A stretch of 64,000 bases of DNA, from positions 1 to 64,000 of the forward strand of contig RSEE01000063.1 in assembly GCA_003971905.1 (NCBI GenBank). Reading direction: 5' to 3'. A program made the position numbers and the translations under genes. A model generated the notes under the pieces. That model did no database searches. It saw only the letters and a program-made list of their open reading frames with translations, and had not been told where the DNA came from. Each line of letters begins with the position of its first letter. Positions within the stretch are counted from its first letter, which is position 1. The DNA is from Moniliella sp. 'wahieum' (taxonomy: Eukaryota). Positions 13,501-25,166 of the stretch are shown one piece after another.

Positions 13501-14635
13501 GCAGTCGTTCCAGGTGAAAGCGAGACTGGGTGGCCAACAAAGGCCAGGTCGTCCACAATCAGTTCAAACTTGCGGTCGCTCAACTCGCGAGGGTTGAGCA
13601 TGCTGGCAAGGTAGGTCGTGTCAAAGCCAAGGTAGCGGTTATAGGATTTGGTCAGGGTCGCCTCATCGTACCCGGACCCGGCGATTTGCGAGTCGGGACG
13701 CAGATCCTCCTTTAACCCTGGAGCAGGGCTGGTCCAACTCGCCCCCATCCGTGCGCCTGGATTCGACACCGAGCCGGACTGGTCCGAGCCACGGCGGTCA
13801 TGCGGCGCCGCAGCGTCCATGGGCACGTCACTGTCGGTCGACTGGGTGCGGGAAGAGGAGCTGGAGTCAGAGGAGGAGGAAGTGGAGTATCCGGAATAGT
13901 CCTCGTGATCTTCACTAAACACATCCGAGGGGGTCTGCGGGCGGCGGGGGCTTGGGAATAGGGCATGCCGACAGGATCGGAATACTGAGCGCCGATGCCA
14001 CTGCCAGACGTAGCCGATGAAACACCTTGTTCCGTACCGCCCCGGATCGAAGAGGATGCGTGGGCATGGTTCGAATCTACCCCTAACGACGCAAGGGTGG
14101 CGCCTGTGGTGACTGGGTCCTCGTACCGCAACCCCCGCACAGCATCGGCGCGATCGCGCACCGTGCTCACAGTCGGCGCACGACCGCGGCTATTCGCCAG
14201 CGCAGTCGGAGAAGTGGTAGTGGCAGCAGCTGTGCCGGGGGAGACGATTCCAGATGACGCGGCAGCGACGGCGGCAACAGAGGCGTAGCCGCCGCTCGAC
14301 GTGGCGGGGACGGCGGGCAGGGCTGGGTCCTGGGGGGCAGGGGCGACGTGTGCGTTGTGATCAGAGTCTTGTGGTTGATTGTGGTGGTGGTGGCGATGGT
14401 GGTGGGGCGGATGCTCCTGCTGGGTGTAGTACTTGACACGCGAGTGACGTTTGCGCACCGCTGGCCGACGCGGCCAGCGAAAGACGATCTGCGGCGAGCC
14501 CTCGTCGGCCGAGGCGGCGACCAGCAGGACGGCAAGCAGGCACGACTGCGTTCGAGCTGCCCGCGGCACCACATGTGGCGCTGGGGCTGGCCCGAGCATA
14601 TCCGCGGGCGTCACGCCGGCGTCCGCGATGGCCAT
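10577..14635 (-). CDS. NPR3: Nitrogen permease regulator 3 (GATOR1/SEACIT subunit)
   Basis: LLAVLLV...PQIVFRWP; LGFDTTYLASMLNP...DRKFELIVDDLAFVGHPV; FHFVLVLD; LLPWKTLL; ILPYLNGKHSLDE; ends EFLHP-TGA at 10577; multiple frameshifts. Confidence 0.85.
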
Positions 14636-15406
14636 CGCGCGATTCCAGCTGGTTGTCCAGCGCCTTGCTCGGCGTTGCTGCGTCTCGTGATGGGCGCCTG
14701 GGCTGGCGTGAACATTTCAATGCCCTTGATCGACGTATCAACACCGTAGATCCAACCGTGCGGCAAGGCCGAATAAACGCTTCGCCATTATTGGTAGCGC
14801 CGGTCTAAGGGACGGGCGCGATACGAATTAGATCAAGTACCAAGGGGAGCAAAGGATGCGCTGGTAGGGGAAGGGGAACAGGATCTGCGGAGAGCAGTGA
14901 GAAGATTTACCTGATTTCCTACGAGGACCATGACAGCCGGTGTGGTGCTTTTCTATCCGTCATGGGGCCGGATATAGAGCCTGTCAGCCAACTACGTGGC
15001 TAGTATATATGAGCAGCACATATGGAAAGGGAAAAAAGGATGAAAACACACAAAAGCGGCAAAGGGATGAGGGTACGATCGATGAGACAAAAGCAACAAA
15101 CAGGTAGGTACTTTGGAAGAGGCCCGAAGGCAAAGAAAAGAGGTTGGCAATCCGGAGAGCAAAATCAGGAAAGTAGTATAGATGGGTGGGTGGGTGGCCG
15201 CTGCTATATCTCGTATGAGAGTGTGCGCAGCCCACGCGCGGTATGGACCGAAACAAACTAGGTAAGGCGAAGGAACAGGGATTAAGGTGGGGCCCCGTTG
15301 ACTTGGCCCAGCCCGCCCTGTAGAAAGAACCGACAAAAGGCATACGGGAGGAGACCCGTAGGAACGCATCTCAAGGGCGGGCTACAGGACAGACGAGAGG
15401 GAGAAG

Positions 15407-16126
15407 TTAGAGCAGTGCCGCAGCAGCCACTCCCACCATCCCAGCCAGTGCCGCCGAGGCACGGAGCGGGCCCGAGGCCGAGGACTTGGACTTGGACGAG
15501 CTCGGGGCGGAAGAACCGGACGGTTTGCTCCCCCCACTCGAGGCCGCAGCCGAGGAGGAAGGTCCAGGGCCTGAAGAGGCCGAACCCGACGCGCCACCGC
15601 CGCCCGAACCGCTGCCCGAGCTTGTTGAACAAATGACGATCGATGGGTCAGAAGGGTATGTTTGAAAAGAGGCCGATGCAGAGAGAAAAGGGGAGCAGGG
15701 AAACGTACCACGAGGGGTTGCTCGACACCTTGGGTGTAGCGCCCGACTGAGCCGTGGCACCGGTCGAGTCGGTCAGCTGGAATTCGAGCTGCTGGTTGGC
15801 CGCAGAGGACTTGACATGGTACGTGTACGAAGTGCCGGACAGGTTGGGAATGGTGTCGATTACAGGGCCAGGGCTACCACTGTAGGTGTGGACAACCAGT
15901 GAGTAGGGGCCTTGCCCGCCCGACCAATTAACCTTAAGGGGCACGCACTGCAGAATGATACGGTTAGACAACTCTTTCGGAACGTCGTTGCTGGGCAAAC
16001 AGCGCCTAGGAGGGGAAATGGATGCGTACAGCGATCACACTCGTCGTGGGCGTGTTGATACTGAAGCCCTGCTGGGCGACAGCGACACCTGTAGCCGCGG
16101 AAAGTAAAGAGGGCGGAGAGCTGCAT
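15407..16126 (-). CDS. Secreted, probably GPI-anchored Ser/Gly-rich cell-surface protein (2 introns)
   Basis: Signal peptide MQLSALF...VAVAQQ; FSINTP..CVPLKVNWSGGQGPYSL...LEFQLTDSTGATAQSG; Ser/Gly linker; hydrophobic end AALAGMVGVAAAALL; intron 15948-16029; TATAAA at 16255-16260 on the minus strand. Confidence 0.8.
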
Positions 16127-18151
16127 GGCTGATGAAATACTGTGACCGCAGGGGATCAGACTGCAACGATCGTGTCAAGGTGGTGGTAAGAGGGAGAACA
16201 GAGAGACGATGAGAGAGGGGGGTAAAGGGCTATGGCCCCAAGGCAGGACCCCGGTTTATAGCAGAGTCAACTTGCAGTTCGGCGCAGGTGGGCCAAGGGG
16301 CACCATGCGGGTGAAGAGGGACAGTTTTCTGTCACGGTGTTGATGCGGGCGGACGGGCGCAGGGGAAATTCCATGGACATGCGCCTTGCCCACTCGCGAG
16401 CGAGCTGGGGACCGCCCCTCTACGAGAAGGTTGTAGTTTGGGTGGCAATTGGCGGATGCGCACCCGCGGGCAGCAGGCTGGTGCCTTCTGCTGCTGCAGA
16501 CTTGACCAGTGCCGACGTGCTGACACGCGCTGCGTCCACAGCCAAGGAGATGGGGGCAGAGACGACACGCGCGATGGATGATGTCGATGATGAGGCAGCC
16601 CGCCTCCCCAAGTCGCTTTTTCTCGTAAGGGCAGTACGGCGGAGCGAAATACGATCAACGTCTCATCAGTGTTGCAAGCAGCAGCGCCTGTCGGCGTCTC
16701 GCTCGGTTGGCTACGATGATGCACAGATGATGTTCGCTTTGCTGACTTGCTCTTAATTGCTCGCGGCGGTCGTCCGGTGAAGAGCGATCTACTGCCGTTG
16801 GCATGCGCTGGGGACAGTGTCCCTCTCTCAGATCTCACCTGCAATTTCAGATTGAATAACCAAAAAGTGTACCTGCACTGTGGCGCGATTAGCATACGAC
16901 TTACACTTCCCTCAGAGGTTAGCCTCACAAACCTACTCACACCTCGGCTGTCGTCGGCACGATCTCGCCCAGAGCTCAATCTGAGCGCCTGAACCCCAGG
17001 GTTTAGCGGCCCATGGCCTGCGCATCGGATACCTGCCAGCTGTCAGCCCGTCAAATCGGTCAAACTTGCCCGGCACTGTGAGAGAGCTCACTTTTTAGAC
17101 AGATCGACTGAAGTCTACTAGTCAGCGCTCAGCCCAGGTGTTTACATCATGTTACGCCAACTGACCGATTCAAAGCGACTGCGCTAGCCCGGTTGTCGCC
17201 CGCTTCAATGGGCACCCATTTGAACGTTGAACTTCAACGCGCATCCGCCCGGACGCTCCCTCTGCGCCCTGGTACCCTCGGCTATATAAGGTGCTGCTCT
17301 ACTCATGTCCTCCTGTACCTCTTCTCAGAACCACACCATCCATTCTCCTTCAACAGAAGAACCATTTCATGTCCATTCTCTCTGTGCTGGGGCCGGCACC
17401 CACTGGAATTCGATGCTCCCACCATAGCCGTGTGGCAAACATGGCGAAAAAAAGATGCAAGGAACAGGTCGTGCAGCTCGCCCGTACCCTCTCCATGTGA
17501 TACCAGCGGGACCGTGAGTGAAGGTCTGATCAAGCTGGTTCCCTAACACTGGGAATCATCCTATCTTGAAGTTATTTGACCAACTACAGTTCGATCTGCA
17601 GGGAAAGGGGGTTTTATATGCCGGGCCCAATGCGGCGGCAAGACCAGTGGCCAAAAAACGTGGAGACTGTGGCACCCTCTCTTGCCTACGCTGTTTCTTT
17701 GGTTCGGAAGTACCATTATGGACTGCGACGACGTCGCTCATACCACCTCATTACTACTAGTGATGGCGAACGCGCGAACAACGGACGATGACGACGAAGT
17801 CAGTGAAGTAACATTATCCGATGAGCTCTCACGTGGGGACCAGAAAGGAAGGAGTGGTCCACAAGATCTACGAGAATATATACACTCTAGTCGACCTACA
17901 AACAGCCCTTTTTCGCCGCATCAGCCAATGATGTCAAAGTCCAAACATAGATAAGAGTAGAGGGTACCAAATATGATGGAGGTGTACAATCCATAAGTAG
18001 CAACGAACCTAGGATGCGCTTCCTTGACGTGCGGCACAACACGCCGAGATCCCCCACGAGAGTAAGAGATGAGGACAATGAAGGATGAGAGAGGATGAAG
18101 AAAAGGGCGCATGGGGGCGAAAGGGAGGGGGGGATGAGAGAAGAAAAGAAA

Positions 18152-20340
18152 TCAGAGCATGGAAGCAACGAACACAGCTGTGAGAGCCAGTGCGACCGAG
18201 GCCTTGGAGGAGGCGGGCAGCGTGATCGAGGCCGGGCTGTGATGATGATGAGCGGCCGCAGTGGCGTTAGCCGAACTATTGCCACCCGTCGTTGGAGGTT
18301 CCGTGAGCGTCTTGCCCTGCGAAGTGATAAAGATGGGCACGCCAATCGCGGGTGAGTAGTCGGCCGGTTTGACCGTGTTGTCTTCCACACCGTCCCAGCA
18401 GAAGAGGTTGAGGCACGTGTTGCACTTGTCCGGGATGGGCGTGTTGGAACGCTCAAAGGAACGGGTAAGCATGCCGCACGCAAGGCACGTAGGCCAGTTC
18501 AAGTCGCCCGTCGTAGCGTTGCCCATCGTCGCCACGTGGAACGCATTGTCCATCACAGTCTGGCTCTCCTCATTGGTGTATGACAGCTTGAATGTGGAAG
18601 TGTTGCCAAAGCCACTGTAAGGGTAGGAAGGCAGGTATGCAACAATCGGCGACGGCTGGCCGTTGAAGGAGGTGTTCTGGTTGGTGATCCGCGAGCCGGG
18701 GCAGCCAAAGAAGGTCGGACGAGTGTTGAGGCCACGGTTGACAAAGGTCTCCATGGGAGGGATGTAGGGGAAAGCATAGTCCGAAAAGTCGTTCGAGTTG
18801 TTGAACCGCTGACCTGTGGTCCAAATACTGGTGCCGTTGGGCCAGGAGTTGATGTCGGCCGACGAGTCCTCAGCAATAACAAAGTCCAGTTGACGTCCCG
18901 GGTTCACCAAAGGCCAGATCGGCACGTTTTGTCCATCTTCGCCACCATCGACATGGGTCACGTTGTTACTCGTCGCAATTGACGACATGGTGGGGTCGAG
19001 GCCTCCAAATGCGTTGGGGATGATAGAGATGTCGTTGCCATCTTCACCAACGTCTTTCAGCACAGCCTCGATGGCCTTCTTGATCAATCCCCCCTGGGCC
19101 TCCGTTAGTTCAATCAACGCACCATTGAACAAGGTGCTGGACGTGCCCATCGTCCACGCTGCATTCGTCCAGCCCGTCACGCACTTGGACGTGTTGGAGG
19201 GCTGGCCATTCACAAACTCTGTGCCGGCCAAGTCAATGTCCACAAACGCCCTGATCCTGCGCTCCCAGGTGCCGTACTCATATGGGGTGAATTCCCAGAT
19301 GGGCGAGCCGCTGAGGGTGGTCTTCTGGCCAGGTTCTGGTCGCCGTCAAACAGTCAGTTTCCATTCGAATCCAACATCCATCTGGATACTCTGAAACAAA
19401 GGAGGCAAAACGTACCCCGCTCGTCCGCAACAATGATGGGGTACGGGTACGAAAAGTTCTGGAAGTTGGATACGTTGCGCACATCGCTCCAGGTGGTAGC
19501 CACACCATAGGAAGGGTACATGCTGCCATTGATCAGATGGTGAGCCAAAGCACGCGCCCAGTAGTCAGTGTGATGCCGGTCCATTTGCCGTTCCCGACAA
19601 AGTCCTTCTTGTCATCCACATCGCTGATCAAGCCCGAGTAGAAGCTGACCTTGCCGTCCGAGGGGACAACAAGGTTGCTGTCCAAGTTCCACACCTCGTC
19701 GTGGAGTTGCTGGGTAGTAGGGTAATTGTTGATGGCGACCGAGCCCGTGAGCCAGCTGCCGCCACTCAGGCCGACAATGTAATCGGCCAACTGCAGCAGT
19801 CCGCCGGTACCAATCGCAGTGGCGGTTTGGTTGCGACCGTCGAAACCGGCAAACACACCGGCCCATTGAGCATCGCACGGTACCCACCGCCCGACGAGGA
19901 AATCCCAATACGGGGAATGCGACTCAGGTCCGAGGTGTAGTTGTCAAACCCACCGGGCACGAGCGAATCGAGGCCAACCTGGGCCTGCTTGAGCCAGGCG
20001 GTCCAGTCGGCCTGGCGGGCTTGACGGTGGTTGCGGATGTAGGTCGCCTCGGCAGGGTTGAGGCAAAGTCACTGGCATTACGCACAAAGCCAATGTAGTT
20101 GGCGCCGGTTGTGTTGATCTGCGGGCAGGGGATGTAGGTGGGGGCGTAGGAGCCCGTGGGGTCAGTGCGCTTGCCGAGCATGATGTCGGAGGCAACAATG
20201 GCGCGGGCGATCTGCTCGACGGTCGCATTCTGGACCTCGGCGCGCTGGTCGAGAGTGAGGCCATCGGGAGAGAGAGACGGCGTGGGCAAGGGGAGCCGTG
20301 GCGGCAGCCACGGGGCGCTGGCGAAGAGCGTTGTCTTCAT
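18152..20340 (-). CDS. PLB1: Lysophospholipase / phospholipase B, secreted and likely GPI-anchored
   Basis: SGGGYRAM, GLSGGSW, MGTSSTLFN, VDGGEDGQNVP, DSSAD..WPNG, NRGLNTRPTFFGC, WPTCLAC; N-terminal signal and hydrophobic C-terminus; intron near 19346-19414. Confidence 0.92.
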
Positions 20341-21203
20341 GGCAGGGGACAGGCAGGGACTGCAGGACAAAAAGGTGAAGGCGGAAGAGGTGTGGGTCGG
20401 AGGGTGGACGGGAGGGGTTTAAGTGGCCGAACGAGGCGCAGGCGAAGCGGCGGGACGGGCGGGATGTGCTGGGCAGAAGTTTACCTCCATGGCCAGGCGG
20501 GGGCAGACTGTGCGCGCGCCCTGCTGTGCTACCAACTAACAAGTGCGAAAAGCTGAGGGGCGTACGAGGCACTGCGGACTGAGTGTGCTGAGCCAGTGCG
20601 TGGCCAGGCGGGTGGGCAGACCAAGTGCTGCGTCTGTCGCCCTCCGCGACCAGCGACTGCGCTTGGCCGGCAACCCTGGAATCGAGAGGGCTATTGACTC
20701 AAAAGTACTCGACCCGGGCGTGTTCGCACGGCACGCGTCGTCCCAGACGACACGGCACTGCCCCCACGCGCCACGCCTCGCCGCCTGTCCGGCACCATCA
20801 GAGGGTACGACGTCATCCATCCGCCCTCCGTCGGCACCTCCGCGGCATCACGGCACAGCAGGCACCGTCACCTGTCACACTGCGGCACACGCACTACTCA
20901 GCGTACTCAGCACCCCCTGCCCTCCACCGGCACCACCCGTCAGCGCGGCAGCGTTCCACCTCACCTCCAACCACATCGACTGCGCAAGTACTCAGTACTC
21001 CCTCAATGTTACTCAGTACACCAGTCTGAGTACTGAGTACTCTGAGATTAACTCAACGTCAGCGCGTCAGCGTACTCCACCACCTGAACTGAGACGCAGT
21101 GCCTTGTATCGGGGATTGCAATCGGTGATCGATGATGTTCTGCGTTTCGTTTGGCCGACGTCACGCGCGTCACACGGGACTGGGCACGCACTCACGAAGA
21201 AGA

Positions 21204-21271
21204 CTTCAAGCTTCAAGCTTCAAGCTTCAAGTCTTCAAGCTTCCAAGCTTCCAGGCTTCCAAGCTGGAAGC
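21204..21271. repeat. (CTTCAAG)n heptamer array, 4 perfect units plus degenerate ones
   Basis: CTTCAAG x4 at 21204-21231, then CTTCAAG/CTTCCAAG variants. Confidence 0.9.
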
Positions 21272-22746
21272 GTCACCACGTCACCGGAACAACTACCCCG
21301 TGTCCGCTCACCACCTCCCCTACTGTCGAGGGGAGCACAGCACAAAGCGGGACGGGCAAGCCCAACAGAACCCAACCGAGGAACGCGCACCGTGAGATGG
21401 GAGGAAGGAGAGAGATATTGATCAAGGATACCCCAGGTTACCAGGCGGCAAAGCGAGTGGGCGTAGTAGTAGTGGCAGAGTGGTATAAGGTTGCCCGGTT
21501 GCCCACGTTCATTAAAGTTCTTCCGCGGTGCGCGACGTACCCGGTAACCAGGAAGCACCAATAATTGCGGCAACCGACGGGTGACTAGGTGACTGGCAAC
21601 TCACATGTCACTCTATTACATGACTGTGGTGGTGACCCGGTGACGCCGTGGTTTCGAGGACGGCCAAAGCGTCCCGGTAGACTCCGCCTCTGACATGTGA
21701 CTAGTGTGACTAGCTTGACTGGGTACTGGCCGAAGATCGACAGAGAAAAAGCCCCGTAAAAGTGTCCGAGGCGGCCCCGTTCCGCCTCTGTTCCGCCCCC
21801 TTTTCCTGTTGCGCCTCCGGACTGCCTTCCCCCTGATTGCATCCTCAGGCCTCACCACCTCTTCCCCTGCCTTGCTCGCCTGCCACTGCCACAAATTGGT
21901 ACTGTAGGTACAGGCCACAACCTCACGCTACTATTGGCAAGTCGCACAACTTTAGCAGCTAGTAGCTGCTGTAATTTGGCGGAGTTTTTCGGTTGTTACG
22001 TGTGACATATGTGACAGTCGCTGCCGTAGGCGCGTAGTTGTGGAAGAGTATGTCAACCACAGAAGATGCATCGCATGTCGCATGTCGCTGAAGCCCCGGT
22101 GACGCGTGACGCCGACGATGTGTTCACGACGGTCGATGCATCGACGGAGATCCGACCAGATTTCACATTGAGACCAGATCTCAGATCGATCAACGTCAAT
22201 TTGCTAGGGTGCGATTTGGGAGCACATGCGATCCTATGGATCAGCTACTGCAAAGCAGCCTTCAGACAAGGCGTGAAGGCAAAGTGGTGAGCCACAAGTC
22301 TTCGAGCAACGTCTGAAGGGAAGGAGAAAGGAAAGAGAGAAGGGAGAGATGGAGCGAGCAGGGCGTGCGCGACCTGCGAGCGGAACTCTTCCGCCCGGCT
22401 AAGCGAGCGTCACTGATCCATTGAGGGCCGTGCAGAGTTACCCTAGCACTACCTTTAACACAGTATTGAGGGAATCCTCTGTCAAAATCGACAGACTTCA
22501 TGAAATGCGTGAGGCCGGAGGGCCGGTATTATGACCGGTGCTGTAAGTTATCCTCTTTGGCTGCTTCGCATTTCCTGCTTGGGTCCAGACAGTTCCCTGT
22601 CTCCTTTCTCTCTCCCGTCTCGCTCTCGGCCAAGCTTGAGCTTTGAAGAGCTAGCTAGCGGGTATGGCTTCGTGGCGGATCTATCTTCTTGAAGCTTAAA
22701 CGTCCGTCGTCATAATAAGAGGTATATCTACATCCGCGGCCATCGC

Positions 22747-24349
22747 TCACGCCTGGCCACGGATGAACTTCTCGAACATATCCACTCCGGCCAAGTAACC
22801 ATGCTGGTACTCCCACGAGCTGGCCGATGAGCCCCTGTCGTTCGTAGGCGCCTGGCGAACGGCACAGAGTGCCTGCTTGTAGCCAATGTTGGCCGGCTGC
22901 GGGCCCGAGGGGTGGTACCAGAACGCGGTCGCATCCCCCCAAGCTTGGCGGAAGCCATCCTCGAACCGCCAGTGCTCGTAGTTCCCGCCCCGGGTGTCCC
23001 AGTAGCCCGTATGACCAGCCAACGACCGGCGCCGCTGGTCCTCGCCAAACTGCTGTGCTGCCTCCTCGCCCGGCACTTGGCTTGGATCCTTGCCCAGTGC
23101 AAACGACAACAGGTTCGAGGGCAACACCCCTTCCTCCACCGCCGAATAGAATCCCCATCCGCAGTCCTTCCCGCTTTCTTGAGCGTCCAGAAAAGTTACC
23201 GCCACATGTGTCTCAAAGAGGCGTAGCTGCGAATGAGCCCAATCTGCTTGCTGCGTCCGTTTGTCCACCTTTGGGTCCCAGAGGTGTGGTGCAGCGCAGC
23301 ACTCCACTCGCCCACAATCAAGTTCCCCTGGCCCTTGCCGCTGGCAGCCTGAAAGTGCTTGTACGTCCATCCGCCTGGCCGGACACCTTGTAATGCCTGG
23401 CACAAAAACAGCTTGTGGTCGTCTGGGGTAAAGGCGCGGTAGAGGTGGTGGTCCACAACAAGGGGGGTACGTGGCGTGTTGCGCACCAGCCCAAACTGCT
23501 CAGTGTACCAGTCCAACGTCCACCCATCCGACAATAGATTGGCAACGATGTGATCTGCAGGTTCTTGTCGGCCTGTCGGATCGGGCCCAACGCTTCATCG
23601 TAAAACGCAGTCAAATACGGACCATTCTTCGGCTCGTTGAGCAGCTCCCGCCAACCACATTCTCGTACCCACCCACCGCCTTGACCAGCTCGACCAAGAT
23701 CGCAATCGTCTTCTTCTGGTTGCTCCGGGCATTCCCCTTCCCACAACCCCGGCTTGCTAATGGTCAGCCCCACGTGACCATCAGCGTTTTGTCCACCAGG
23801 AGCAGCGTGGAGATCAATCAGGACGCCAATCCCCAGCTGTCCTGCCTTTTCAATCGCCTGTTGAATGTAGCGCCAGGCGCCCTTGTAGGTCTCGGTATAC
23901 GCTTCGTACTCGGTGGCTTCATCAACTCGGGTGCCACGTCGGGCAAAAAGTGGTAGTACCCAATGGGAAGCCGGACAGTATTCACGCCATGCTCCTGCAT
24001 CCAAGCCAGTCGCGTCGTCGACAAATGTAGCCCAGTGGTGGTGGAGTCGGCGCTCGCCTCCTGGGCGGGCAGCTGCTGTTCAAGTCAAAAACTCCTTGGC
24101 ACGCTGCACCCCTTGAAACAGCGATCCGGTCAGCCACGTCTCGAGGGTAAACCACGAGCCGAGGTTAACGCCACGCTGCTGCGGAAGCGATAGTGCAGCA
24201 CCCTGGGGGCAAACGCATTGACGTCGGTCGGGCGGCGCCTGGGTGGCGTGGCCTCGGCGCTCCGCTGCCGCTGCCGGCGGGGCGGGCGGGTGGCTGCCCA
24301 GATCAAGCTTGGACAACTTGGCGTCGATTTTGTGGAGGAGCTTATGCAT
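22747..24349 (-). CDS. Glycoside hydrolase family 5 (glucan 1,3-beta-glucosidase-like), no signal peptide
   Basis: RGVNLGSWFTLETW, NTVRLPIGYY, VLIDLHAAPGGQN, ELLNEP (acid/base), VDHHLY, IVGEWSAAL (nucleophile); several frameshifts. Confidence 0.9.
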
Positions 24350-24683
24350 GATGATGGTAGAGGAGGTGACAGGTGGGATCTGCTCTGCTCCCTCTCGATC
24401 GGCGCGCTCGCCGGTGGTGTCTGCCTGCCGGTCCTCCAATACCCTGTCTCCCCCGCCTGAGTACCGCGAGTGCCGGCCACGCGTGTGGCGCATGGATGAC
24501 GATGACATCATCAGCCATCCACGTCACGCGGTTAGCTTCGCCCTCGCACAGACCGCGGGCGAGCAACCTACCGGTGAGGCTTCGCGTGGCTTCGCGCGAC
24601 GCCGTCAACACTTGCCCTTCACCGCCATCTGAGCAAACCTCTTCCGATCCCGCCGCCCGCACTCGCACGCTGGCCATGCGGAG

Positions 24684-24764
24684 GAGTTCGAGGAGTTCGA
24701 TGAGTTCGATGAGTTCGATGAGTTCGACGAGTTCGACGAGCTCAACGAGCTCAACGAGCTTGAT
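24684..24764. repeat. 9-bp minisatellite, 9 units (GAGTTCGAN drifting to GAGCTCAAC)
   Basis: gagttcgag, gagttcgat x3, gagttcgac x2, gagctcaac x2, gagcttgat. Confidence 0.9.
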
Positions 24765-25166
24765 GCGCTCTGCTGCCGTGGCTATTGGCATCATCCTCAG
24801 CTCCAGCACGAGCGAGCTCGCTCTGCCGTCAGTCATTCAGCGCACAGCCAGAGCGATTCAATATTCAACGCGCTGAAGGATCGGACATCCGGTCATCCTG
24901 TCATCGTTCCTCCCCCTACCGCGCAAAGCTAACAACAGGACGTTGCCATGGCTCCTACACTTGCTTACTAGGCGCGCTTACTCTCCGTCCCACGCCCACC
25001 ATCCACCATGCCCCCTATCTCTATAGCGTGTTGGTGTCCAACCAGGGATCTCGACCTGGCCGATCTAACCTTGGGCCAGACGACGGCCGGTCCAGACATG
25101 ACAATAAGCGACACATTCCAAAAAAAAAACGACAATATAGGCAGACGACAAAAAAAAGATATAGCT

